A stretch of DNA of 64,000 bases, taken from Tubulanus polymorphus. Lineage: Eukaryota; Animalia; Nemertea. Shown here in pieces: positions 21,836 through 34,725 of this stretch (its first letter is position 1; each line of letters opens with the position of its first letter). The notes below the pieces were generated by a model. That model had not been told where the DNA came from. It worked only from the letters and a program-made list of their open reading frames with translations, and ran no database searches. A program made the position numbers and the translations under genes. Location of the stretch: assembly GCF_964204645.1 (NCBI RefSeq), contig NC_134033.1, positions 11,292,655-11,356,654 of the forward strand, read 5' to 3'.

Positions 21836-24800
21836 ATGATGAAGTTTGGTGAAGTTTTAGCTTGGATATTTATATCATTCTTTATTGAAATCATTGTAAC
21901 TTGGGTAATATTCACCGGTTACTCGCTGCTGTATTTTTCTCAACCCCAATTCTTGCACATTTCGTTGTTAGTTTGCGGTTGGATGTATCTGGACCGAGAA
22001 GCCACCGGTTTCGGGCATCGTCGCTCGGAGCGATTTCGTCGCTGGAACCCACTCGCACGATGGATAGCTAGTTTATTGCCGGTTAAACTAGTGAAAACCG
22101 TCGATCTCGACCCTAATGGAAAATATATATTCGGAGTTCATCCTCACGGGGCCGTAGCGTTATTGAGTACTTTAGTGTCTGACGCCACAGGATTCAGCGA
22201 ACTTTTCCCCGGACTCGAGCTGTACATGGTAGCACTGGAATTCATCTTCAGTGTTCCGGTCATGAGAGATTTCTTTGCTCTTAGTGGTAAGTCCGTTGAG
22301 TTCACCGATGCGCAACATTCGTAACAGTAAAGAATATCAGACCGGGAATGCAACATTAGATGTGGATACTACGTGGATATTTTGCCAATTTGCCTTTATT
22401 CGAAAAAACGCCATTCTACCTTTAGCTCGAACCTGATTAGTTGCCGATGTTGCGCATGCGCGCTTATCTACAAGAAAGTATCGCCGACAAGACTGGAAAA
22501 TTGGGCTAGGGAACCATGCTCGCTTGCCCAGGGACCGAACTCGCTTCCCGGGAACAGCTTTACGGATGACGGGTGACGGGTGAAGATGGGCTAGAACCCG
22601 CAACCCATTGTGTGCTAATGCAGCATTCTACCGCTTAGACCACTGCCAGAAACCATAAGTTCTCCTATCTCTGATCCTGGCTTAAAATCTTTCGGGCCCT
22701 TTTTGTAACCTAAAAAATTAAACGCATTTCTTCATTATATGTATTGGCAAAATAAGTAAATACTTCCTATCTATTCAAACTACAAGCTGTCATTTCAAAC
22801 CGGTTGTTTTATTAACGGGCGGCGTCATGTCGTCTGCAAGACTGGCATAGAAAAAACTAGAATAGCATCTGTTGCGACACTGCCGCTGCCACTGACGAAT
22901 CGACGACCCAAAGACCTATATTTTTCTAGAAGCGGACGCGGCTCGTTTCGATCGTACTATATATAACAAGGAGACACACTGTGCCCTTTTTTACATTTTT
23001 TGCACTAATAGTAAGGTGTAACATTTTTTATCAATTCCAGTCTGATTTTCCTGCTAGAATTATTCACTTCAGTAAAACACGCAATCCATCAAACATTAAT
23101 TGAGTTTAAATGTCGATACTTCATTTATTGACAACAATATCAATGATATATCTCTTTCTATATACTCGAGGTTATGGTTGCACTAGTTAAACAATGATAT
23201 TTCCAAGTTGAAATTATCAAACATATGAAATATAGTACTTATAGTAACCCCTATACACATGTCAGGTCTATTATACATGAGAAGTGAAAATCGTCCTGAT
23301 ATCTACTACGCTAAAACGTTTATGGAATGTAACCATTCTTACACAAAGCGAACACATGATATTACCGACGGTGTCGCCGCATAAATTATTTTCCTGAAAA
23401 CTCAACTGTTACGATCCCGTAGACGTTGTATACATGTAATTATTAAAAATCTTCTCCCTAATGTGAGTCGCTTTCTAGAGCAACTTATTATTACAACCAC
23501 AGACTGATTTATTGCAGTAGTTTGTGTAGAACTGGCTGGCTTTTCATTTTCAGGCATTATTTATTTGCTGCGATTGAACTTTCGTGGGTGAAATTCTAAC
23601 AAAACAGGCCCGTAGTTGTTTGCAACATTTTAGCTACATTTCAGTGACTTTAGAAAAATTTAACAGTGGTTTAGAATAAAATGAGCATTGAGATATAAAT
23701 TCAACATATTAGGCTTTGTATCATCGACGCATAGAAAAGGCCAACATGGATAAAAACTCGAGATAATGTCCCACACCGTGCCCCATACATTTTACATATA
23801 AACTGTCGATATTTCTATCCAGATTCTCTCATTTTTTTAAAATTAAATTCAGGTGGTATAGCGTCTTCCCACGAGGCGATCGATTACGTGTTGAGTCGAG
23901 GTTCGGGTAAAATAGTGGCAATAGCGGTCGGTGGAGCTTACGAACTAATCGACGCGCATCCCGGTACGATGATAATAACACTGAAAAAGAGAAAAGGCTT
24001 CGTGAAGAAAGCTCTGCAACATGGGTACGTACGGATTTCGTCCACATATTTTTGCCTTTCTTTTTATTGATTTATGTCCAATATAAAGTTCCAGTGAGCA
24101 ATCTCCTATAATCTAAGCACATTCATTATAATATCTTAATTCAATTGACTGAAAGCGGCACTAAAATTGCCCGAACGGCAAGAGAAATTAAAACTATATA
24201 AAGACAATACCTGCTCTATAGGTGGACTAACTTAAAGTACTTTTGAATCATATTTAGCGCCAGTCTTGTACCGGTATTAAACTTCGGAGACAATGATCTT
24301 CTTCACCAGTACCCAAACCCACCTGGTTCACAGTGGCGGAAAATGCAAGATCTAATTCATCGTGTATTCCATGTTTGTGGGGCCCCGACAACATTTTACG
24401 GTATAAATAACGGCATGGCCACGATAGCACCGTGTACCACAGTGGGTAAGTTCACATGCTTTATGAACTTTTTAAATTGTGCAGAATTATTTTTTTAAAA
24501 ACGATATGCTATCACCCGAAAAGAATACTGTATTTCATGCCAAGACGAGATTCCCTGTAAAGAGTGGGTATTTTGCATATACTGTTCCAAATAAGGGTTT
24601 GATCGTCACAAATGATATTGCGGTTATGTTTTGGTAACATATAGTCATTGATGATCAGTATATATGGGATTCACTCAACAATTCGGGGAAGGCTTAGTCT
24701 GTGCATTAATAAGCTGGACGTGTGGGACTTCATTTCTGAAGTGTTCGTCATAGTATAACTCTAGTCATCCCGCGTAAAACAAATGACGTCCTAAAAATGC

Positions 24801-25016
24801 AACAAAATGTTTGCTAGTGCATTTTATAACATTAAAACGATATGTTTTCAAATTTCAGTTGGATCACCGATTCCTGTGTCGAAAATAGAAAATCCAAACC
24901 AAGACGAGATTGACAGCATGCACGCTAGATACATAGCAGCCGTTGAAGAACTATTTGATCAACACAAAAACAAATATTCAAACTATCCCGATTTAAAACT
25001 TGATATAAGACATTGA
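21836..25016 (+). CDS. DGAT2/MOGAT-family acyltransferase copy B (exons 21836-22286, 23853-24024, 24258-24445, 24859-25016)
   Basis: N-terminal TM segments and HPHG, GGAYE, RKGFVK and [11 protein letters not shown] motifs. Phase-consistent GT-AG introns. Confidence 0.9.
22340..22648 (-). mobile_element. tRNA-derived SINE-like fragment in intron
   Basis: The minus-strand head GGCAGTGGTCTAAGCGGTAG...GGGTTCTAGCCC has A/B-box-like motifs but no valid cloverleaf. The extent of the body is approximate. Confidence 0.5.
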
Positions 25017-25065
25017 CAGATCTTTTAAAAGTTATTTTGACATCCCACTTGGATAGAAATGTCAG

Positions 25066-25255
25066 TGATAGTTGACTAGGGTTAATTAAATATACATATA
25101 TAGCATATCAAAATTCATAGACAATACTGTATGACGGGTGCTCAGGACACATGATCTGATGGGTCAAAGTCCTTTGAACTGGTCGTATGGTCAGTACTGG
25201 CTATTGTTTTAGATATGCTATATATGTATATCTAATTAACCCTAGTCAACTATCA
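25066..25255. mobile_element. MITE-like element with ~45-bp terminal inverted repeats
   Basis: tgatagttgactagggttaatta.atatacatatatagcatatc ... gatatgctatatatgtatat.taattaaccctagtcaactatca. Confidence 0.65.
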
Positions 25256-28200
25256 TCAGGTTCACTTCATGGCTTATGGTGAAACGGAACTATGCATATA
25301 TAGCGTTGAAGACAACCGATTTATTACCACTGCTCTACCAGGACGATTACAGTCTCACTAAACTGAGTTGAACCAGGCACTTCCAGAATTCTAAACCTGA
25401 GTCAATGATATTCATAATAAGAAAATACAAAAATTAATTATTGTATCGAATAAGATTATTGTATCGAACAAATATTCATGACCTTTATTCATAATCCATG
25501 TGAAAACTGGTATTGTTCAGTTTTTGATACTTTCCTCGTTAAGCGATTTATTCTTAATGTTTATCTCTGCATACATGTTACCTTTATATTCATATACCGG
25601 TAATTTTCTTAAGAATAAATGAACATGTACATCTATTATCGAGATACTTTTTCAAAGATATTCCTCCGACGTCGCGTTTCTGGGATATAGGGATGCCACC
25701 GTAAAGAAAACAACGACTAGGCGATTACGTGAAGTCCATAGTATTGAGATCGATTTTTAGCGTTTTACATGGTCGGTATGTAAATGTTACCGCGATATGA
25801 AAATCCCCGATAATACGTTTTACTGCATGTAAAGGTTCATCCGGTGCTTATAACTGGTGCCATTCCGCCTGCTTTTTATCTAGAATCTCCTACCAGTCCT
25901 TGGTACAGATAAAAATAAATACTTGCTCAGTTGGAGGTCGGAATGAACAATGAACTATTAATAGTATGAAACTCTACGAAAAAGTCCGTACAAAAGTTAA
26001 CATGTATAGGCCTAAATTCAGTGTATGATACATGCATATAAAAACTAAATGCAACTGACTCTTTTAGACAATATGACTAGAATTTTAACAGAAACTTGGA
26101 CTGAAATAGACAACATAACTAGACTTTCGAAAGGGGCTCAGAGGCCACTATCTATACGAAGGCATCAAAATTTTAAAATTTTCTTAAGTCGGACCCGCAG
26201 ACCCCAATTCAGTTCCAGGCACTCGCATATTTCTCGCTCTGAGCTGAGACCACTATTCCAAAATCTTCTATATCCTATAGTAAAAACAAGAAATTCGAGA
26301 GTTTTAGATCATATATAAGCGCGTAAATTCAGGGGAAATCCTGCTTATGGCTCATAGGCCAGCATGTTAGCTACACATTGAAGTGGTTTTCGCCCCACAT
26401 ACCCAACCTAACTTTTGAAATAATCAAACCTTTAGAAAGGAGGGGTATCCCAGTACAAGTATGCCAGTACATCCGAGCCCAATATCTAAGGGAATCCCCC
26501 TTAATTGTGGTCTAATGTCCTCTACAAGTTGCGGCCTTTAGCCATAAGCCATTTTCTTCCGTTCGCCTCCATGCCACTTATATAACCCACTGAAGGGGAT
26601 TCTACTACATGTACATCTATATACTTTTATGTCTTCTTTTTATACTGCGATTTATGAAGGCCCGCAGAGAGATAGATTTGCGCTTGTAAATAAAGTACAC
26701 TAGCAAAATACCTGCCCGCTGAAGCTTTCTGCCCGTATTAGGATATATTGTTATTAGGAATTTGGGGTAAAAAGCCGAAACTTGGAACTAGGTCACTGGG
26801 TCATTTAACTATTATATAAATTTACACATGACAGTTCATGTGAGTATGTGACGTATTAGGTAATACTCACGTCAGTTCACGTAATTCTATTTAGTGACCA
26901 CATGTTTCTGGGGAATTAGTTGAGGAATTAGTTGTTCAAATAGGGTGGATTGATATTTTACGTAATACTTGGACTATTAATGAAGTATGGGGAAATGTGT
27001 TCAAACTTGGGCATCAGCTGTAGTCAAAACAGACCAAAGTATATAAGGGGGGCATATCGAATGTAGAGTAGAACCGGGACTGACTGCCGACCCTACAGGA
27101 CACAAATACAGAAGTTATGAATAAAATCTACAAACATCATAACTACACATAGTTGTTAAGAGTTCCTCGATAGTAAGGACCTATCACCCGGTAGAAATAT
27201 TATCAGAGGAAAAGCCGGTTTCCATAGGCCTCAAAATGTGATTTAGTATTTTATTATTCCAAAATTAGTTATATTTTATTCCTCAAATATCAACATTTAT
27301 CATTTCAGAAGGGTCATTTATTATTCACACGTTAGACCATCATTTTACGTTTTGTACATTATTCATAGTCGTTACCAAGTATAGACAGTGTCAACCTGTT
27401 TGAGAATTAAGCCTTTGTTTCTAACTTTTAAGACTGGACGCTCTGTCTCCATTCCCCATCATTTAGTAATATCATGTTATTCAACTAATTGTTAGTATCT
27501 CACAGGTCTACCAGCTTTGTTTGCACCTGTTGAGCATGCTCAATCTGTTTCTGCCTAGACGGTTACTATGTACAATTAGCAGATCAATCTATTCTTTTGA
27601 GAAGTTTGACTTAGTTTTGACCAATCAACGAGTTTTGTTTGTTGACCCGCCCCTTGGTGATGGGCAAGCTGAGTATCTTGAGAGACGTTATCAAATAAAC
27701 AACTCTCTACGTCAAAACTATATTTGTATTTAACTCATCTTTTTAAGGTAAGTTCAACTGTCTCGTAATTCCATACTTAGGCCTTAAGGTTAATGATCTT
27801 GAATCTTAGCGTTATCTATACTTGTATTTAACTCATCTTTTTAAGGTTCTACCATCGATAGTTCCTCACTCCATTAACGGCATAAACTTCGTTAATAGAA
27901 ATCACTGAAATGCATTATGAAACTGATGTACAAAATGCTATTTCTCTGGGTTTTTTTTGTGATTGAAAATTGAAAAAACGCCGAAAGGAGATTTTATGCG
28001 TATTTTCGGTCATGTCTACAGACGAATCAAGGTGCCGAAGTAGCGTGACAATAATTACCTCGTCACCGTCATAGTAAGAAGATAAGTGTTTATTCTGAGC
28101 GGGTGCTGCCACCTCAGAAGAAAAAAATACGAGTGCATTTACAAAGAATTACGTCTGTGAGTGAATGCTGCGGTGCGAGCGTTATTACGGCACCGTCGTG

Positions 28201-28400
28201 ACGTTTCGAAACAAACTCGTCTGACAAGTCCGCGATGAAAAAAAACTCATGTTTTTCACATGTGATTTAAATGGACGTCTGATTCACAATATGCTCTGCA
28301 TTAAACATGAGATACCGGTATTAATTCAGAAACTACTGATAGTGAATGAAAAATATACAGGCGTCACCTTATTAACATAGCATACTTCTTTACGAGGAAG

Positions 28401-31400
28401 ATGTATCGTAACACGATGACAGTTGGCGAAGTTTTGGCTTGGATATTCATTTCGTTTTTTATCGTATTTATCACTGTTTCGATGCTAGTGCCCGCTCTTG
28501 CGTTGACGTATTTTTCCCAACCTCAATTCTTGCACATTTCGTTGTTCGTCTGCGGATGGTTGTATCTGGACCGAGAAGCCGCCGGTCTCGGTAACCGATG
28601 TTCGAAGCGATTTCGTCGCTGGAACCCACTCGCACGATGGATAGCTAGTTTATTGCCGGTTAAACTAGTGAAAACCGTCGATCTCGATCCAAGCGGAAAA
28701 TATATATTCGGAGTTCATCCTCACGGGGCCGTAGCGTTATTGAGTACTTTTGTATCTGAGGCCACAAGAATCAGCGAACTTTTTCCCGGACTCGATATCC
28801 ATATGGTGGTTATGGAATGTTTCTTCTCTGTGCCGTTTTTCAGGGAATTTTTATCACTAAGCGGTAAGTCAAAAATATTACGATAGCCTACGCGTAGTTG
28901 TATTAGCCGTTTTGGTACAAAAGCATTTCGTACCTAAGGGACTTTCAGAGAGGCAAAGGTATTTCGGAGCAAATTTTTGGAAAAATGAAGTTCACTCGTT
29001 TTCCTGTAGAAAATGAAAACAAAATAACTGCACATGATATCAACTATGTTCACATATAGCCAGCCCTAAAGGGCTTATAGGAGATGAGGTTTTGACTTCC
29101 TTGTTGCGACGTAAAACATTTTACCACCAAGCAAATAAAACATACTCTCCAGAGTGAGTGGTATACATCATTGCCTTGTTCTAAACTCGAACAAACACAT
29201 TTTTCAATAGCAATCGAAAATTGCATACGTTCAAATGACAAATGAAAGCAGGTATATGTATATGTACAAATTGTATAGGTATTTTTTATTGATGATCGTG
29301 TATTGCAGTCACCCTGGTAACTTCACAGCTGTGCCGCACATATTCTCCCCGTACATTCTACATAGATTGTCTTATTACAATAACACGCTCTATAACTGAT
29401 CCAACTATGCCTAGTCCAATCCGATAAAGCCATTATAACAACAATGTCGATGTGATGGAACAATCTGTCCGCACGGGCGTCACCCGGAATTTTATAGTGG
29501 GCTTGCTAAGTCTGAAAAATGACCAGAAGCTGCAAAATGGAGTACAAATGTCCCCTTTTGCACACAAATAGATAACATCCACATAATTCATGATGTGGAC
29601 ACACACCGGTGCAGCTGTGTTTTGACCCTATGAGGTCAGCAATAACTGGAACACGAGCGCCCAGAACGGAAATGTGGGTGTCCTTCCCAAGATAGGGAAT
29701 TAGGTGCTTCACATGCGTTTTTCCAAACATTTTTATAAGGACTTAGATTCGAATTCCAATGATGCACGTAAACATTGCGGCTTCACAAACTAAGCGGAGC
29801 ATAAATTTAAAAATGGGGTCCGCCGCAACCCATGAGTCCCCCTGGTGACACCTGGTGGTTCGTGTTGGACTATAACACAGCAATGATCACATTACAGGTT
29901 TAATTCAGATATTATCGCACATTTTAAATCTGCGATTCAAAAACTGAAAATATCTTTAAAGACGTAGCGTTTACTGGAGAACCTAGAGTCAACTTCACAT
30001 TGCACCAAAACCTTAAACATTTCCTTGCAGTTTGTATTTTTTATAGTGTACGATATCTGTGTCAGTTCGCACCTCGCCGAAAAAACCCATTTGATCTAAC
30101 CCCAATAGCACCGATAACTCGTGTGATGAATGAACTTTTTTTACACTACTGACGTAGATAATGTAGAATGGAAAAAGATAGCCTTGTTAGCATTTCTTTT
30201 TTTTGGATTTTTATCATTTTGTTCGATATATTTACAATTCAATGTCGTATTCGTATCAGACATTTTTATCTATAAACAGACGTTGCTGCTGCTGCTGCTG
30301 CTGCTGCTATGGTAAGTAGTGTGTTCTAAACAAATACAGCCAACCTTGAACTGGCGGTGTTGTATCGTATTAGCAGCAAAAACATTATCATTGGATACGG
30401 TCTGAACATCTAAAAAAAACTTCGTCTATATACTACATATCAGCACTCTACTCAACCGTTGTGGCTGCATTTTTCATGGACAATATTGACTAAAATTACC
30501 CAGTTATGTTTTCCGTTTATTCTCTTTCATTCATGATTACCAATTATCAATTGATTGCAACTTAATTTCAGCGTTGACCTATATATTATATCAACGATTT
30601 CTTGAAAGGTTACCAATAACTGCGGCCTGCATTCTGCGAGTGACGCCCGGTCATGAGGTTAAGTGAATATTTAAATAGGGTTAAAGACTTGGAAAAACAA
30701 GATAAAACGACGCAAAGCAAAAACAAACTAACAAGCGTAAATTCTTTTTTGAATATTGATGACGTCTTAGACTTTCGGGACAGACGTTTAGCGTTTCGGA
30801 TCATTTCCTAAAGGTTTAAAGTCATTCAGTCGCAGTTCTTCATTTTAATTGATGAAACCTTGAACTCGTTTCCGGACTGGTTTTAAACGCGTCCTGCATA
30901 GTCCGAGATAACACTGTCAAAGATGATACTTGTAATTAGGCTGTTGCCTATTCTATGACAAACCGTGAGGCCTAGACTTCTTAAAAATAATTTATGCACC
31001 TGAACGTAATTAATAAGTTGAATAAACACTCCAGATCGGTGTTAAATATATATTTACTCTCCAAACGAATATAGTCTGGTCTGGTGGGAGTCACCGTTCA
31101 GAAATAGTATCTAGGTTGCCGAATTACACTTCGCCTGTACATCATTTATCATAATGATGGTTTCCATTCATAAACCTGTCGACAAAAATAGTGCATCCGC
31201 CGCAAAATTATTCCACAAACGACACTTTTATCATATCCGTTCGTCTATTCACTGATCCTTCTATTGGTCAGACATCAGAAAAAAAGCGAGCGCTCCCCCC
31301 CCCCCCTATAAAAATCTGAGGCATCCACATGCAATTTTAACACGATTGTCACTAAATGCCTATTGCAAGTTTTTGGACCATTCCTTCCAGTCTAGTCTAG

Positions 31401-32732
31401 CTATACTTGTTAAACTGAACATGTCAAATGAGGAATTCTAAGATACATAACAACAACGTGTTAGGGTTTCATTATATTCCCGTGGTGACGTCACTGTTAT
31501 AGTCTCCGCAAAACCAGTGGATGTTGATGAGCCAACGATGTATAGGCCTACATATCTTCCAATAATACTGAGGAATTTGTGTGACCGGGTGACCGACTGT
31601 CAGTTCGACGCCGCTATCGAGATTTGTCTGTTGCTTCAGCTGTGTCCATCAAGTGTTCACTGCGACATATTCAGACTAAACGAAAAAGAAGATTTCACTA
31701 TGTTAGGCTAACTTTGATTTGTCCAGTAATTCTTTTCATTTTCAGGTGCTATAGCTTCTTCACACGAGGCTATCGATTACGTGTTGAGTCGAGGATCGGG
31801 TAAAATAGTGGCAATAGCGGTCGGTGGAGGTCACGAACTAATCGATGCGCATCCCGGTACGATGGTGCTAACTCTGAAGAAGAGAAAAGGCTTCGTGAAA
31901 AGGGCTTTAAAACATGGGTACATAACGATTAATTGTAGCTACAGATCTATGCAATTTCAACGCCAATCTAATTTAGTAATGTACAAAATCTAAACGCAGA
32001 CTGCACGCAGACGCACTTACTGAAAATCCTCTACGCCTTTCGGCCATCGATCATTTGAGTGGCAATCAATGATTTCTGTTTTCTAGTGCTGCACATTGTG
32101 GAAACACACAAAACGGCTTATCTGTTTCCGACTGCGTCCTCTGGACTTAGGAAATCTCTAAACAATTCGACATTTTTATCTGTTGTGAAATGATATATAC
32201 TAACAATTACATTTTTCATTTCATACGTAGCGCCAGTCTTGTACCTGTTTTGAACTTCGGAGACAATGATCTTCTTCACCAGTATCCAAACCCACCTGGT
32301 TCACAATGGCGGAAAGTACAAGATCTAATTCATCGTATGGTACATCGGTTTGCGTCTCCAGTGACGTTTTATGGAAAGAATTATGGTCTAGCTACTCTAG
32401 CACCTTGCCATACAGTAGGTAAGCAAGTCTAGATTTTAGTTCAGGTGGGGTCATATCAATCAATCGATACACTATTTTTTTGTAGAATACTGCTTGATTT
32501 GAATAAGTTTCGCACGCCACACTGTTTCAATGCGCTATCTTTTTATCAATACCGATAACAATCTATCTTTTCAGTTGGATCGCCGATTGAAGTGCCAAAA
32601 ATAGACAACCCTAAGCCAGAAGAAATCGACAGCGTTCACGCTAAATATGTAAAAGCTGTAGAAGATTTGTTCGATAAATACAAAGAAAAATACTCGAACT
32701 ATCCGGACATGAAACTTGATATAAGATATTGA
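28401..32732 (+). CDS. DGAT2/MOGAT-family acyltransferase copy C (exons 28401-28863, 31746-31917, 32231-32418, 32575-32732)
   Basis: Same motifs (HPHG, GGGHE, RKGFVK, FGDND) and same exon structure as copy B. Confidence 0.9.
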
Positions 32733-32784
32733 TATAACGAACTAAAATATTTGATATTTGCTGTTGAGACTGCAATATGTATAA

Positions 32785-33544
32785 AGGCTGGCTTATGTCG
32801 ACAAGCAACGCTACACCTACCGACTCCTACCGATGCAACTGAGGAGAGCAACCGTAATCGCAGCCCAGCTTATGTCGACTGCGCTCCGATTCGCAGCAAC
32901 TGAGGCCGACTAGTGGGATACGAGATCCTCCCAGTTGCTTCCCTGCTTATGTCGGTTACGATTACTGGCAATTGCAACGGCTCAGATGGTCACATGATAA
33001 GCATTTTGAGAATACATTTGAATTATTTTGAATTATTCGGAAATATATTTCTATTAGAAAGGCTTTTTCTTTAAGATCTTTATCTTTCTGATTCTGTTTT
33101 GAATACAATGTGTTAGCCACATCATATAAAGATGGCCGCTCACACCATGCTGAAGGTTTGTTTTACGTTTCGAAATACTTGAATTTGAAAGTTTATGACT
33201 AATTACGAATGTCGCTAACTAGCGGTCATAATTTGTACCATGTATATGCGGTCTCCTATTGGCTGGAACCCTTGCGCTCAGTTCCGTCGCGTCGCAGATG
33301 AGCTTATGTCGGTTGCGATCGAAAGCAACTGTCCGCCTACCGTAGGCCGGATTAGAACATGGGCAACTAGCCGGATACGGCTTGCGACCAGTCGGTAGGC
33401 GTCGGGTTGCCGTCGCAAGCCGGCTTATGTCGAACCGATAGAACAGCAACTGGTGGCCTCTCGTAGGCCGCTATTTGCCGCTAATCGGCGATAAACCCAG
33501 TTGCGTCGGTAGGCGTCGCGTTGCTTGTCGACATAAGCCAGCCT
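32785..33544. mobile_element. PIF/Harbinger-like non-autonomous DNA element
   Basis: 27-bp perfect TIR AGGCTGGCTTATGTCGACAAGCAACGC, TAA/TGA flanks and internal repeats of GCTTATGTCG. Confidence 0.75.
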
Positions 33545-34725
33545 TGAGTAACGGCATTTGAAAACCGTTTTCGAAATAAAACTACGATTTAGTGCTCAGG
33601 GTATGAAGGTCCTACAAGCTACTTAACCTTGTTTTCGATGTACATCAGGCTAATTCATATATAACATATGTAAAGAAGTGAAGATAGGTGTGTAAGCTTA
33701 TAGTTCTCACTCGTGAAATCGTGACATATATACATATACTTTATTTACTGAAATTCATAGTACTATATTTTACTATATATCACAATAACGACATACATTT
33801 CTACGTGCACATTTTAAAGAACTATATATTTTGCTGAAGGTCGAATTGTATTTTGTGATTAAACTTTAATCTAATTAAAATAACGTATCTTCGTTTTGCT
33901 ATATGATAGAGTTTAAAGGTTCCAGTCCTATTCGATAAGCATCGTCTGATATAATGGATATTAGAAAAATGACAGCAGTAATTTTCTTCAAGGAAGAGTT
34001 CTTTCTATGAGTGCTAGGTTTCATCAGTTTCGGTTTTTGCCAACCGCATCAGCAATCAGCAATGAGCAGTACCGTGCGATAGAAATATAAAACATTATCT
34101 ACCGCGAGGAACAGGGGCCAATGTTCTGGGTCATAGATGTTTATTCTCAATTAGCTGGCCCATATAATTCTGACCAAATGCAATGTTTGGAATGTTTGAC
34201 GACATCGTGTATAAATTGAATGAAAACTTCATTTAATACCCGGCGTTACAATTGTTATGAAACTCGCCTGAACAACGACTCGACTAAACGAGTCTCAATC
34301 ACTGTTTACAAAAGGCAATTAAGAAATCCAGGTTTATCAATACATGTATGAAACGATTACGACATTTCGCTGTTGTTAGTAACTTCAATCATTCCGATAA
34401 AATTCAAGATTCACTTGACACAAGTAGGTCTACTGATATAAATAACTGAAGCCAGTTACACAGTCCCGATCCCTACGCTAGACCACGTGGGCTTATTGTC
34501 GTTATTGTTTACGTAAGATATGCCGGACTCTGGTGAAAAATAAAATAAAATCACGTCCCTGATCATCGTCCCGGTTCCGTGTCCGGTGCGGTGCTACGCG
34601 CCAGCTGTGGCATGTCGTTACAAAATTACCGATAGATGGCGACAAGAGGATATTGTTTACAAATGGCGACTGCGTTCACAAGAAACGTCAAATCGGGAAC
34701 TTGACGTCTAAAATAAGAACTGGTC

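Noticed and set aside
22590-22648. Possible tRNA gene
   Set aside because: It has A/B-box-like motifs but no anticodon or acceptor stem pairing, so it is better explained as a SINE head.
30282-30308. (CTG)n tract giving a poly-Leu ORF
   Set aside because: A short intronic microsatellite with no supporting gene structure.
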